Of a DNA stretch of 32,000 nucleotides, positions 1 to 8,046 are shown piece by piece. Every line of letters starts with the position of its first letter. The first letter of the stretch is position 1. The notes under the pieces were generated by a model, which was given only the letters and a program-made list of their open reading frames with translations, did no database searches and had not been told where the DNA came from. This DNA comes from Schaalia meyeri (GTDB lineage Bacteria; Actinomycetota; Actinomycetes; Actinomycetales; Actinomycetaceae). Where the stretch lies: NCBI RefSeq assembly GCF_900105015.1, contig NZ_FNLK01000012.1, positions 330,001 through 362,000 of the forward strand. The letters run 5' to 3'. Made by a program: the position numbers and the translations under genes.

Positions 1-551
1 TGCGTCGTGATGTTGGCCCCGATGACGGCGCCGAGGGCTCGGCCCGCGAGCGTGGGGCGGCGCCGCGCGGCGGCGACCAGGGCGACAACGGTGCCCGCGA
101 TGACCATGACGGGCACGGACACCAGCCCGGTGATCAGCGTGGAGAAGGCATCGTAGTGCCTCGCGGAGCGCATCGTGCCCTCCATGAGGATGGTGTCGAC
201 GACCTGCCCGGGCGCGGTGGCCAGGGCGACGTGGCTGACGATCCCGGTCAGGAACAGGCAGGTGGCGACTCCGGCGAGTCGGCGTGAGAGCTTGCGCCGG
301 TACCATCCATCGGAGCTCAGGCCAAGAGTCCTGGGCAGCCCTGCGACACCCGCTTTACCGCGGCCGGTCTCGGGCTGGGTGCGCGCTTTTGCCGCGCTTT
401 TTTTCGCGGGGGCACCCTCCCGTCGGGGTTCGCGCGCCTCGCTGGCGGATTTTGAGCCCGCACGCTTGCGGGGGCGATCGGAGGCGGAGCTCTTGGTGTA
501 CGACTCGTCGACGGCAGGGTCACAGGGCAGGGGGGCGTTGGGATCGTCCAC
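1..551 (-). CDS. Membrane protein, N-terminal part only (PAP2 phosphatase-like, tentative); continues past left edge
   Basis: Absent from the ORF track because it has no stop in the window. The minus frame is open from position 1 to GTG at 551-549. SD GGGAGGA (rc of 556-562) has a 4-nt spacer. Translation is VDDPNAPL...KKSAAKARTQ (basic tail), then the hydrophobic segments LAGVATCLFLTGIVSHVAL and LITGLVSVPVMVIAGTVVALVAAARRRP...GAVIGANITT. This resembles N-termini of actinobacterial PAP2 proteins. Catalytic motifs would lie outside the window. Confidence 0.45.
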   Translation of the reverse strand, partial: MDDPNAPLPCDPAVDESYTKSSASDRPRKRAGSKSASEAREPRREGAPAKKSAAKARTQPETGRGKAGVAGLPRTLGLSSDGWYRRKLSRRLAGVATCLFLTGIVSHVALATAPGQVVDTILMEGTMRSARHYDAFSTLITGLVSVPVMVIAGTVVALVAAARRRPTLAGRALGAVIGANITT

Positions 552-706
552 GGTGTCCTCCCTTCGCGCCGGTGTGGCTTCCCATACCCACTGTAGTGGA
601 GTGGGGCGGTGGTTCGCGGATTTGTGCGGGGGTGAGCGCGCGCGGGTCCCAGGGCTCGGTTAGAGTGGGTGTGTCCGATTCTGTAGGTTCCACGCGGGAG
701 TTGTCA

Positions 707-1165
707 GTGGCTGCTTCTTCACCTGTCAGCACCGATCGTATCCGTGACCTGCTGAGGTCCCGGGACGTGCGTTTTGGCGACTATAACCAGGGCGAGCTGG
801 CGTATCTGGCGCCGAACGCCGCTTTCTTCTGGAACGCGACAAATCCGCAGATTCTGCAGCTGCGCGCGCAGTGGCGGGGAATCGCCCGGACACCGGAGCA
901 GTTCGGCGAATTGGCGCGCGAAGTCGCGGCGTGTAATTCGACGCGCACCGGCCCCAAAGCATACGTGGCTCCCCTCGAGGACGGGGCGCAGTACGGCCTG
1001 ATCGCCGAGTGCAACATCGTGGTACTATCGGGCCTGACCCAGGCTCAGCTGGATAATTTCTTCGAGACGTCCATGTCGATGATCATGGGGTTCTTCGCGG
1101 ACCTTGAGGTGACGCTGCCGGAGTTCGTGGATTGGGACAGCCGGGATCGGCGGGTCGCGCGGTGA
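707..1165 (+). CDS. YbjN-like domain protein
   Basis: 3' part of track ORF 284-1165. In-frame GTG at 707 follows GGGAG (696-700, 6-nt spacer). YbjN-like pattern: ...AACNSTRTGPKAYVAPLEDG...VLSGLTQAQLDNFFETSMSMIMGFF. The upstream part of the ORF is Arg/Pro-rich and lies in the divergent intergenic region. Confidence 0.6.
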   Translation: MAASSPVSTDRIRDLLRSRDVRFGDYNQGELAYLAPNAAFFWNATNPQILQLRAQWRGIARTPEQFGELAREVAACNSTRTGPKAYVAPLEDGAQYGLIAECNIVVLSGLTQAQLDNFFETSMSMIMGFFADLEVTLPEFVDWDSRDRRVAR

Positions 1166-1650
1166 ACGTCCCCTACCTGGTGCCCGAGGACGACGTGACG
1201 CCCTACCCCGCGGATTTTGAGCGGGTCGTGACGGAGGTTCGCGAGATGGGCTACGCGCTGGACGTGATCGAGCCCGGTCGCGCCGCAGGCGCAATTTTGG
1301 ATGGCATCCCATTCCTGGTCTCTTTCGATGCGGCCGGGCGTTTCCTGTCGATCCGCGCGCTGTGGGAGACGGATGCGCCGGCGGCCAGCGCGGAACCGGC
1401 GATGTTCGCGACCGCGGATAATTGGAACCGCGAGAAATACTTTCCGACCGTGTACACCGCGGTGTCTCCGGCAGGAAAGCTGGGCGTGTACGCGGATTTC
1501 GTGGTGGACACGGAAGTCGGACTGTCCGACGTGCAGCTGCGAGACGCGATTTCGTCGGGCATTTCGACGGGCATCGCGGCGATCCAGTACGTGAAGGAAT
1601 CCGCGTCAGAGATGCTGGGGTTGGTGAATCCGGGCCCGGATGAGCGGTGA
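1162..1650 (+). CDS. YbjN-like domain protein (paralogue of previous)
   Basis: GTG at 1162 overlaps the previous stop (GTGA). Signature ADNWNREKYFPTVYTAV...EVGLSDVQLRDAISSGISTGI parallels the first copy. The track start at 1132 is TTG and would overlap by 34 nt. Confidence 0.6.
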   Translation: MNVPYLVPEDDVTPYPADFERVVTEVREMGYALDVIEPGRAAGAILDGIPFLVSFDAAGRFLSIRALWETDAPAASAEPAMFATADNWNREKYFPTVYTAVSPAGKLGVYADFVVDTEVGLSDVQLRDAISSGISTGIAAIQYVKESASEMLGLVNPGPDER

Positions 1651-4267
1651 GCGAAACCACCTCGGTCCGTCCCCGTCGGCTCTGCTGGGCCTCTTGGGGC
1701 GCATCAGCGCCGACGACGACAGGCTCCTGGGGCACCTCACCATCCCCGGGCGCTCCGGGGCACTCGCGCAGTGGCCATCGTGGGTGTCGCCCGCGGTCGT
1801 GGCCGCGTGGGCGCGGCGCGGGGTGGAGCAACCGTGGACCCATCAACGCGACGCTTTGGACGCGATTCGCGCGGGCTCCGACGTGGTGCTCGCGACGGGC
1901 ACCGGCTCTGGCAAGTCGCTCGCCGCGTGGACGCCGATCCTCTCCGACCTGGTCGAGGCCCAGGAATCCTCCCGCATTTCGGCGATCCATCGGCGCCCGA
2001 GCGCCCTGTACCTGGCCCCGACGAAGGCGCTTGCCGCTGATCAGTTGGCTTCTCTGACAGCGTTGCTCGGCCAGGACGCCGCCCTAGACTCGGCCGAAGG
2101 CGAGGGCGCGGGTGGCCCTGGCCTGATCGATGAACGCCTGAGTCGCGTGCGCGCGCAGGCCGTGGACGGGGACGCCCCGCGCGAGGCGAAAGAATGGGCG
2201 CGCGCGAGCGCGGACCTAGTCCTGTCAAACCCGGATTTTTTGCACTACGTCATGCTGCCCTCCCACCGGCGTTGGGCGCGCTTCCTGGCGTCCCTGCGGC
2301 TTATCGTCATCGACGAGGCCCACCACTGGCGCGGGGTGACCGGATCGCATGTCGCGCTCATCGTGCGCAGACTGCTGCGCGTCGCCCACCACCTGGGGGC
2401 AGATCCGCGCGTGATCATGCTCAGCGCGACCGTGCGGGATGCGGCGGGCGTGGGCCTGGCGCTCACCGGACGCGACGCGGTCGCCATCGAAACCGACGGT
2501 TCCCCCGCCGGCGCCCACGAGCTGGTCCTGTGGCAGGGCGGTGTCGTTGCCGACACGTCTGAGGTGGACATTTCCTCATTCCTGGAGGCCATCGACGCGC
2601 CCCCGGGGAGTGCCACGCTCCAGGTTCCCCTCGTGCGCCGCAGCGCCGGAGTCGAAGCCGCCGCCCTGGCGTTAGCGTTCATCGAGGAGGGGGCGCGTCT
2701 GCTGGCCTTTGTGCGCTCGCGCGCGGGGGCGGAGGCGGTGGCCGCGCAGATCCGCGACCGCCTGTTTTCCCGCGGTTCCCCTTTCGCCGGCAGGGTCGGC
2801 GCGTACCGGGGCGGTTACCTGCCCGAGGAGCGGCGCGCGCTCGAGGACGCGATACGCACGGGGGCGGTGCGCGCCTTGGCCACCACCTCCGCCCTGGAGA
2901 TGGGGGTGGATATCTCCGGGCTGGATGCGACGATCACCGTGGGCTGGCCGGGCACGCGCGCGTCCCTGCGCCAGCAGATCGGCCGCGCAGGGCGCGCAGG
3001 GGCCCCGGGAACATCCGTGCTCATCGCGTCGGATAACCCCCTGGACGCCTACCTGGTGCGCCACCCCGAGCACATCCTGGGCGATGTCGAGGCCTGCGTC
3101 ATCGACCCGGTGAACCCGTGGGTGCTCGCCCCGCACGTCGCGGCCGCCGCCGCAGAGATGCCGATCGCCCCGTCCGACATCGACTACTTTGGGCCCACGC
3201 TTCGGGGCCTCGCCGAGCATCTGGCCGCCGATGGATACCTCAGGCGGAGGCCAGGCGGATATGTGTGGGATGCCACCCGACCCGAACGCCCCTGCGACCT
3301 CACCGACCTGCGCGGCTCATCCGGGGAGGTCCAGATCGTTGACGCCCGCGACGGCACGGTCATCGGCACCCTCGATCAGTCCTCCGCCGACGCGCACGTC
3401 TTCCCCGGCGCCATCTACATCCACCAGGGGCGCACCTTCCACGTGCTGAGCCTCTCCTCGCTCACCGAGCCCGCCGCGCCCGCCGCCCAGGGGTGGCCGG
3501 GTTCTCTCCTTGGCCGGGCCTCGGTCGGCCGGGGGGCAGGCGGCGAAGGCGCAGCGGGGGCGGCAGAGGCCTCGTCGATCATCATCCCGCCCGCGCGCCA
3601 GGGAGAGGATCGCGTCGCCCTGGTGGAGGAGGTGCGCACTCCTCTGCGTACCCGTGCCTCTACGCACACCGACGTCACGGTGTGCGCGGTGGAGGACACG
3701 TACGTGAGCGCGGACGGGACCGTTGCCTGGCACCACGGCCCCACGAACGTGTCGACGCGGGTGACCGACTACGACCTGCTGCGCCTACCCGGGCTCGAGT
3801 TCATCCGTAACGTTGAGCTATTCCTCCCCACCCGCACGCTGCCCACGAAGTCCACGTGGTTGACGCTCACGCCGACCGCTCTGGCCGCCACGGGGATTCC
3901 GGCGGCGAACCTGGCGGGCACCCTGCACGCCACCGAGCACGCCATGATCGGGATCCTGCCGCTGGTCGCAACGTGCGATCGCTGGGACTTGGGAGGATTG
4001 TCCACCGAACTGCACGACGATACGGGTGCGCCCACCGTCTTCATCCACGACGCGTTCCGAGGCGGCGCCGGGCACGCGCTGGCCGGGTTTCGCAGCGCGC
4101 GCGAATGGGTGATCGCCACCCTCGAGGCCGTCTCCTCCTGCGACTGCGAGGCCGGGTGTCCCCGCTGCATCCAATCCCCCAAGTGCGGAAACGGCAACGA
4201 GCCCCTGTCAAAGTCGGGGGCCATCACCCTGCTCACCTACCTGCGCGACCGTGCGCCGGGGGCGTAG
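1640..4267 (+). CDS. SF2 DEAH-box helicase with C-terminal DUF1998/zinc-Cys domain (SftH / MrfA-YprA type; 'helicase/secretion neighbourhood' helicase)
   Basis: 875-aa ORF. Walker A is LATGTGSGKS and the DEAH box is VIDEAHHW. Motif VI-like QQIGRAGRAG is present. C-terminal Cys cluster is SCDCEAGCPRCIQSPKCGNGNEP. Its ATG overlaps the upstream stop. Confidence 0.85.
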   Translation: MSGERNHLGPSPSALLGLLGRISADDDRLLGHLTIPGRSGALAQWPSWVSPAVVAAWARRGVEQPWTHQRDALDAIRAGSDVVLATGTGSGKSLAAWTPILSDLVEAQESSRISAIHRRPSALYLAPTKALAADQLASLTALLGQDAALDSAEGEGAGGPGLIDERLSRVRAQAVDGDAPREAKEWARASADLVLSNPDFLHYVMLPSHRRWARFLASLRLIVIDEAHHWRGVTGSHVALIVRRLLRVAHHLGADPRVIMLSATVRDAAGVGLALTGRDAVAIETDGSPAGAHELVLWQGGVVADTSEVDISSFLEAIDAPPGSATLQVPLVRRSAGVEAAALALAFIEEGARLLAFVRSRAGAEAVAAQIRDRLFSRGSPFAGRVGAYRGGYLPEERRALEDAIRTGAVRALATTSALEMGVDISGLDATITVGWPGTRASLRQQIGRAGRAGAPGTSVLIASDNPLDAYLVRHPEHILGDVEACVIDPVNPWVLAPHVAAAAAEMPIAPSDIDYFGPTLRGLAEHLAADGYLRRRPGGYVWDATRPERPCDLTDLRGSSGEVQIVDARDGTVIGTLDQSSADAHVFPGAIYIHQGRTFHVLSLSSLTEPAAPAAQGWPGSLLGRASVGRGAGGEGAAGAAEASSIIIPPARQGEDRVALVEEVRTPLRTRASTHTDVTVCAVEDTYVSADGTVAWHHGPTNVSTRVTDYDLLRLPGLEFIRNVELFLPTRTLPTKSTWLTLTPTALAATGIPAANLAGTLHATEHAMIGILPLVATCDRWDLGGLSTELHDDTGAPTVFIHDAFRGGAGHALAGFRSAREWVIATLEAVSSCDCEAGCPRCIQSPKCGNGNEPLSKSGAITLLTYLRDRAPGA

Positions 4268-4334
4268 GTCCCAGGCCCTGACCTGCGCAACCTGTTTTCT
4301 GAAACGACTCGACGTGTGCTGGCACCGTGCAGAC

Positions 4335-4368
4335 TTGAAGGGGCCGACCCCAAGGCCGACCCCTTCAA
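4335..4368. terminator. Hairpin between convergent helicase and Tad operons (possible bidirectional terminator)
   Basis: TTGAAGGGG-CCGACCCCAAGGCCGA-CCCCTTCAA: a 9-bp perfect outer stem plus 2 further pairs. There is no clear U-tract on either side. Confidence 0.4.
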
Positions 4369-4515
4369 GCATCCCATCAACACAGTGCAAGTTTTCCGAT
4401 GCGCTCCCTTTCTTGGCCACCCTTCTTGGGTGTTGCCTTTGGCTTGATGACTTCTAATGTAGAAGCCGCACCTGTGGGAAGTATTGAACGAAGCTGGCAA
4501 TTCTCTGTGAATTTA

Positions 4516-4905
4516 TCAATCGCCCGTCCCCGCTCGGGCGCGTGCGCGCAAAATCATTGGAATCCCAACGATCCGAACGGAATCGGTAACGACCACCAGG
4601 CAATCGCTTCCCCTCACCTCGCAGGACTGTACGGCGACCCCGTTCGCGGAAGCGACGGAGGCGGCGGCCCCGCAGGGCCGCTCTCCCACGTCCTCCCACG
4701 GGGCGGTGGCGGCCTGGCCGGCACCCGACAGGGCCGCCAGGTCCGCGATGGCCTGCAGGCGGATCAGCGCACACCGCGCCGCGCCAGCGCCGCCGACGGT
4801 CACCGCGAGCAGGAGGGACAAGACGATCAACCCCAGGCAGTTGACCGTGCCCGATCCCTCCTCGATCCCCCCTTTCCCCGGCGTTACGGTCACCTCGCGC
4901 CTCAC
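4516..4905 (-). CDS. TadE-like protein (Rv3654c-type, helicase/secretion neighbourhood)
   Basis: In-frame GTG at 4905 overlaps the upstream stop (GTGA). EEGSGTVNCLGLIVLSLLLAVTVGGAGAARCALIRLQAIADLAALSGA...ASANGVAVQSCEV...ARARAG matches the pattern of this family. The N-terminal 72 codons of the track ORF overlap the upstream gene. Confidence 0.7.
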   Translation of the reverse strand: MRREVTVTPGKGGIEEGSGTVNCLGLIVLSLLLAVTVGGAGAARCALIRLQAIADLAALSGAGQAATAPWEDVGERPCGAAASVASANGVAVQSCEVRGSDCLVVVTDSVRIVGIPMILRARARAGTGD

Positions 4906-5240
4906 GGCAGGTCCCCCTCGTCGATCGTGGTGACCGTGCAGCGGGCCACTCCACCAACCCAGCCCGAGACGCCCCGGTAGGGCGCGCTGCCACTGACCGT
5001 CACCCACCCGCCGGAGCGCGTAACCGTGTAGGTTCCGGGCGCGTAGGCGGCCGAGGCCGCGGCCTGGGGGTCGTCCGCCCCGATGGACGCTGCCCTGGCC
5101 CCCTCGCGTACCGCCTGGCACAGGGACGCACCGGTCAATCCCACCTGGGCTGCGGCGACGATGACCCCGATCACCAGCGTCACGGCGACGAAGCAGACGG
5201 CGTGTTCGACGGTGACGTAGCCGGAATCGTCGCGGTTCAT
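4902..5240 (-). CDS. TadE-like pseudopilin / minor pilin
   Basis: 112-aa ORF. Its N-terminus DSGYVTVEHAVCFVAVTLVIGVIVAAAQV is a G/xxxxE(H) pseudopilin-like hydrophobic start. Its ATG overlaps the upstream stop (ATGA). Confidence 0.7.
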   Translation of the reverse strand: MNRDDSGYVTVEHAVCFVAVTLVIGVIVAAAQVGLTGASLCQAVREGARAASIGADDPQAAASAAYAPGTYTVTRSGGWVTVSGSAPYRGVSGWVGGVARCTVTTIDEGDLP

Positions 5241-5512
5241 CGTGTGTTGAGCGCCTCTCGGATAACGGATTCCAGGGCCGCGCGCACCGTGTCGGATTTG
5301 AGGATCACGATGAGCAGCCCCGCGAACCCCGCTGCCGCGATCGTTCCGATCGCATACTCGACGGTGGTGGCGCCCTCCTCGGGGTCGCCCAGCCCACTGG
5401 TGTCGTCATCGGTTCGGCGCCAACGCAGGTCCCGCGCCGCGCGGCCGAGGCGTCCCATCGCCGCGATCTGCGCGCGTGCCGCCGCACAGCCGATTCGTTC
5501 GATAATCGTCAT
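5237..5512 (-). CDS. Flp-type pilin-like protein (DUF4244-like)
   Basis: ATG at 5512 follows AAGGA (GAAAGGACAGATC-ATG). EEG/ATTVEYAIGTIAAAGFAGLLIVIL is an Flp-like G/xxxxEY motif plus a hydrophobic helix. The track ORF start (5638) lies in the intergenic gap. Confidence 0.7.
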   Translation of the reverse strand: MTIIERIGCAAARAQIAAMGRLGRAARDLRWRRTDDDTSGLGDPEEGATTVEYAIGTIAAAGFAGLLIVILKSDTVRAALESVIREALNTR

Positions 5513-5599
5513 TGATCTGTCCTTTCGTCGTGCGCGTTCATCAGCGCGCAGGACCAGTGTGCGAGGAACCACGATCTGCGTTCCATCCGAATCCGAGGA

Positions 5600-5639
5600 C
5601 CTGTGGATAACGCGCGGGTGCGTGCATCCCCTGTGCACG
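5600..5639 (-). promoter_or_regulatory. Bipartite CCTGTGGATAA-N17-CCCCTGTGCACG element (contains TTATCCACA on the gene strand) upstream of pilin gene
   Basis: 31/40 ungapped identity with 24682-24721, with identical block spacing. It lies 88-127 nt upstream of the pilin ATG, in the only sizeable gap of the Tad operon. Confidence 0.4.
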
Positions 5640-5647
5640 GCACGCGC

Positions 5648-6937
5648 CTACGCCTCGATCCCCGCCATCAGGTACGCGAGGAGAGGCGCGATGCCCAGGG
5701 CCAGGAAAGCGGGCAGGAAAAAGACGCCGAGGGGGCCGACCAGCCGCACGCTGAGTTCCTCGGCCCGTGTCTGTGCGTCGGCCAGGCGCGTACGGCGCTC
5801 CCAGGCTGCGCAGCGCGCGAGCATAATTTCGGGCGCGCTTCCGCAGGTCCACGAAGCCTCAAGCGCGTCATGCAACGGGTGTGCCCACGCCGGAGTATCC
5901 TCCCAGGCGTCGGCCCATGTTGTCCCCAGCCGCAGGGAGGCGGCCGTCCATGCCAGGCATTCCTGCGCGCACGCGTCGGCCAGGGCGTCGAGCGCTCGGG
6001 GAATCGCCGCTCCGCAGGCCAGGCCGGAGGCAACCAGGTCGCACGCCAGGGCGGGATCCACTCCCGTATCCTCACTGCTCCTGCACCGATCCAGGATACG
6101 GCGACACGATGCGATCCCGGCGATCCAGGCCACCACCCCGATCAGGGCGCACACGCTCCCGGCCTTTCCTCCCGTGTAGAACTCCCACGGCGATGCACCG
6201 AGCGCGCAGGCCGCCACGATGCCCACGAAAGGCAGGGCGGACAGGACGCGCGCGGACATCAGCGGTCCCGCTGAGGCCACGCGACGCGCCTCCTCTACGG
6301 CCTGCGCGTCGTCGATCGCGCCGCCGATCGCGTCAAGGACGCCGGCCAGGGGAGCGCCCAGGACGCGGCTGAATCGACAGGCCACCGCGATCGAGGCGGC
6401 GCTGGACCTGGCCGCTACAGCATCCGTGCGGCGCAAACTCGCCGGGAGGAACCCCCACCGCCCAGGCTCGCTGGCCCATTCATCGAGGACGGGAGGGTAG
6501 GCGTCGTCGCCGCTGCCCCCACCGCCCACGCCGATTCGCGCCAGCGCGAGCCTCCAGGCTAAGGACACGGGGGCTCCCGCACGCAGTCTGGTTGCGACCT
6601 CGGCGACCAGGAGCGACAGTTCTCGCGGCGACGGCGGGCCCTGAACGCGACCGCGGTGTCGCCCGTTGCCGCCGCCAACCAGGCGGCCGACGCCCAGGCG
6701 CGGGCAACCCACGCTGGCCGCATCCGGGAGGGACGGCTGGGCCCAGGCGCGTACGATGCGACGCTCGCGCACCCCCCGCGCGATCCTGGCCGCGATTCCT
6801 CCCAGGCAGCTCAAGGCGCATGCCGCCAGGACGCAACCGCCGATCAACCACACGGCCCTCTCGATAGCATGCCCCGCCCCGACGCCTCCGACCGTTGCCC
6901 ATGAGCCCTGCACCCACGCCGCTCCCGCCCACCTCAT
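5648..6937 (-). CDS. Type II secretion F-family membrane protein, TadB-like and TadC-like halves in one reading frame
   Basis: Single 429-aa ORF. The N-terminal ~290 aa and C-terminal ~137 aa each look like the separate T2SS-F/TadB/TadC genes of M. tuberculosis (Rv3658c, Rv3657c). Internal GTG at 6061 follows GAGGA. Its ATG overlaps the TadA stop (ATGA). Confidence 0.7.
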   Translation of the reverse strand: MRWAGAAWVQGSWATVGGVGAGHAIERAVWLIGGCVLAACALSCLGGIAARIARGVRERRIVRAWAQPSLPDAASVGCPRLGVGRLVGGGNGRHRGRVQGPPSPRELSLLVAEVATRLRAGAPVSLAWRLALARIGVGGGGSGDDAYPPVLDEWASEPGRWGFLPASLRRTDAVAARSSAASIAVACRFSRVLGAPLAGVLDAIGGAIDDAQAVEEARRVASAGPLMSARVLSALPFVGIVAACALGASPWEFYTGGKAGSVCALIGVVAWIAGIASCRRILDRCRSSEDTGVDPALACDLVASGLACGAAIPRALDALADACAQECLAWTAASLRLGTTWADAWEDTPAWAHPLHDALEASWTCGSAPEIMLARCAAWERRTRLADAQTRAEELSVRLVGPLGVFFLPAFLALGIAPLLAYLMAGIEA

Positions 6938-8046
6938 AGCCCCACCCTTTGTGCCAGGGGCTCCCAGGCCTCGTGTACGCTGACGCGGCCGTCAGCGGTT
7001 GCGCTCAGCGCGGGAAGGCACTCGAGGAGCCCGCGCTCGCGGGTCAGCACGCCCACCTCGGCCACCCACCGGCGCCCGCGGGGGTCGCGCCTCATGTGGA
7101 GCACCGCGTTGATGGCGCTGGCGGCCTGGGCGGCCACGGCTGACTCGCTCATGCCCGCGAGCGCCCCGAGCGCGGCCAGGCGTGCGGGCACCTCGCGCGT
7201 TCCGTTGGCGTGCAGGGTCGCCCAGCCGCCGTCGTGTCCGGTGTTGAGGGCGGTGAGCACGTCGCGTACCTCGGGCCCTCGGCATTCCCCGAGGACGAGG
7301 CGGTCGGGACGCATGCGCATGGCCGCGCGCACCAGGTCGGGCAGGGGGATGCCGCCCCGTCCTTCGACGTTCGGCTTGCGTTCGATCAGGTGCACGCAGT
7401 GCGGGTGAGCGGGCGCGATCTCGGCGACCTCTTCAATGCACACGACCCTCTCTCCGACAGGAACAAGTGAAAGCGCGGCTCCTAGTAGGGTCGTCTTTCC
7501 GCTGCCCGTCGCGCCGGTCACCAAGACGTTGGCGCGCGCCGCGACGAGGCCGCGCACGAGCGGGGAGATCGGTCCGGGCAGCGTGCCGCATCCTTCGAGC
7601 TCGGCGATCCCCAGGCGGTGGGCTCCGAGGACCCGCAGCGAGACGAGCGTCCCGGAACCGGAGACGGGAGCCAGGACCGCGTGCAGGCGCACTCCCCCGG
7701 GCAGCGTCCCATCAGCGATCGGGCTGGCATCGTCCAGGCGCACCCCGCACGCAGAAGCCATGCGGATCGCCGATTGCCGGGCGTCGTCCTCGTCCCGGAT
7801 GCCGACGTCGGTACGGACCAGGCCGCCTCCCCGATTCACCCACGCTTGCGTTCCATTAATGAGGACGTCGGTCACTCCGGGGGTGTCCAGGAGCGAGGCC
7901 AGAGCCGGGGTCAGCCCCCGCTGGCGCGCTCGCAGGGCGTTCAGCGTCGATGCGGCCTCGGCGGCCCCGCAGCCCGCTCGCGCCGTCGTCGCGACGGCTC
8001 GGGCGGGCGGGTCGCCGCGGGCGAGCAGACGCAGCGCGCTACGCAC
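6934..8046 (-). CDS. tadA: TadA/CpaF-family secretion ATPase
   Basis: Walker A is VLVTGATGSGKTTLL. Other blocks are RPDRLVLGECRGPEV and TGHDGGWATLHAN. Start chosen is GTG at 8046 (8-nt overlap with the upstream stop). The track start at 8139 would overlap by about 100 nt. Confidence 0.85.
   Translation of the reverse strand: MRSALRLLARGDPPARAVATTARAGCGAAEAASTLNALRARQRGLTPALASLLDTPGVTDVLINGTQAWVNRGGGLVRTDVGIRDEDDARQSAIRMASACGVRLDDASPIADGTLPGGVRLHAVLAPVSGSGTLVSLRVLGAHRLGIAELEGCGTLPGPISPLVRGLVAARANVLVTGATGSGKTTLLGAALSLVPVGERVVCIEEVAEIAPAHPHCVHLIERKPNVEGRGGIPLPDLVRAAMRMRPDRLVLGECRGPEVRDVLTALNTGHDGGWATLHANGTREVPARLAALGALAGMSESAVAAQAASAINAVLHMRRDPRGRRWVAEVGVLTRERGLLECLPALSATADGRVSVHEAWEPLAQRVGL

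Noticed and set aside
1025-1990. 321-aa minus-strand ORF
   Set aside because: It is an Arg/Pro/Gly-rich translation antisense to the YbjN-like genes and the helicase start. This is a typical high-GC shadow ORF.
2521-2535. Isolated CCTGTGG heptamers inside coding regions (for example about 2527 in the helicase, about 12267 in the repeat protein, about 21347 in the YwiC-like gene, and rc at 20934-20943 after the lipoprotein gene)
   Set aside because: Single 7-mers are expected by chance in 64 kb of two-strand sequence. Only the phased or extended intergenic copies (5600, 9101, 24682) are treated as meaningful.
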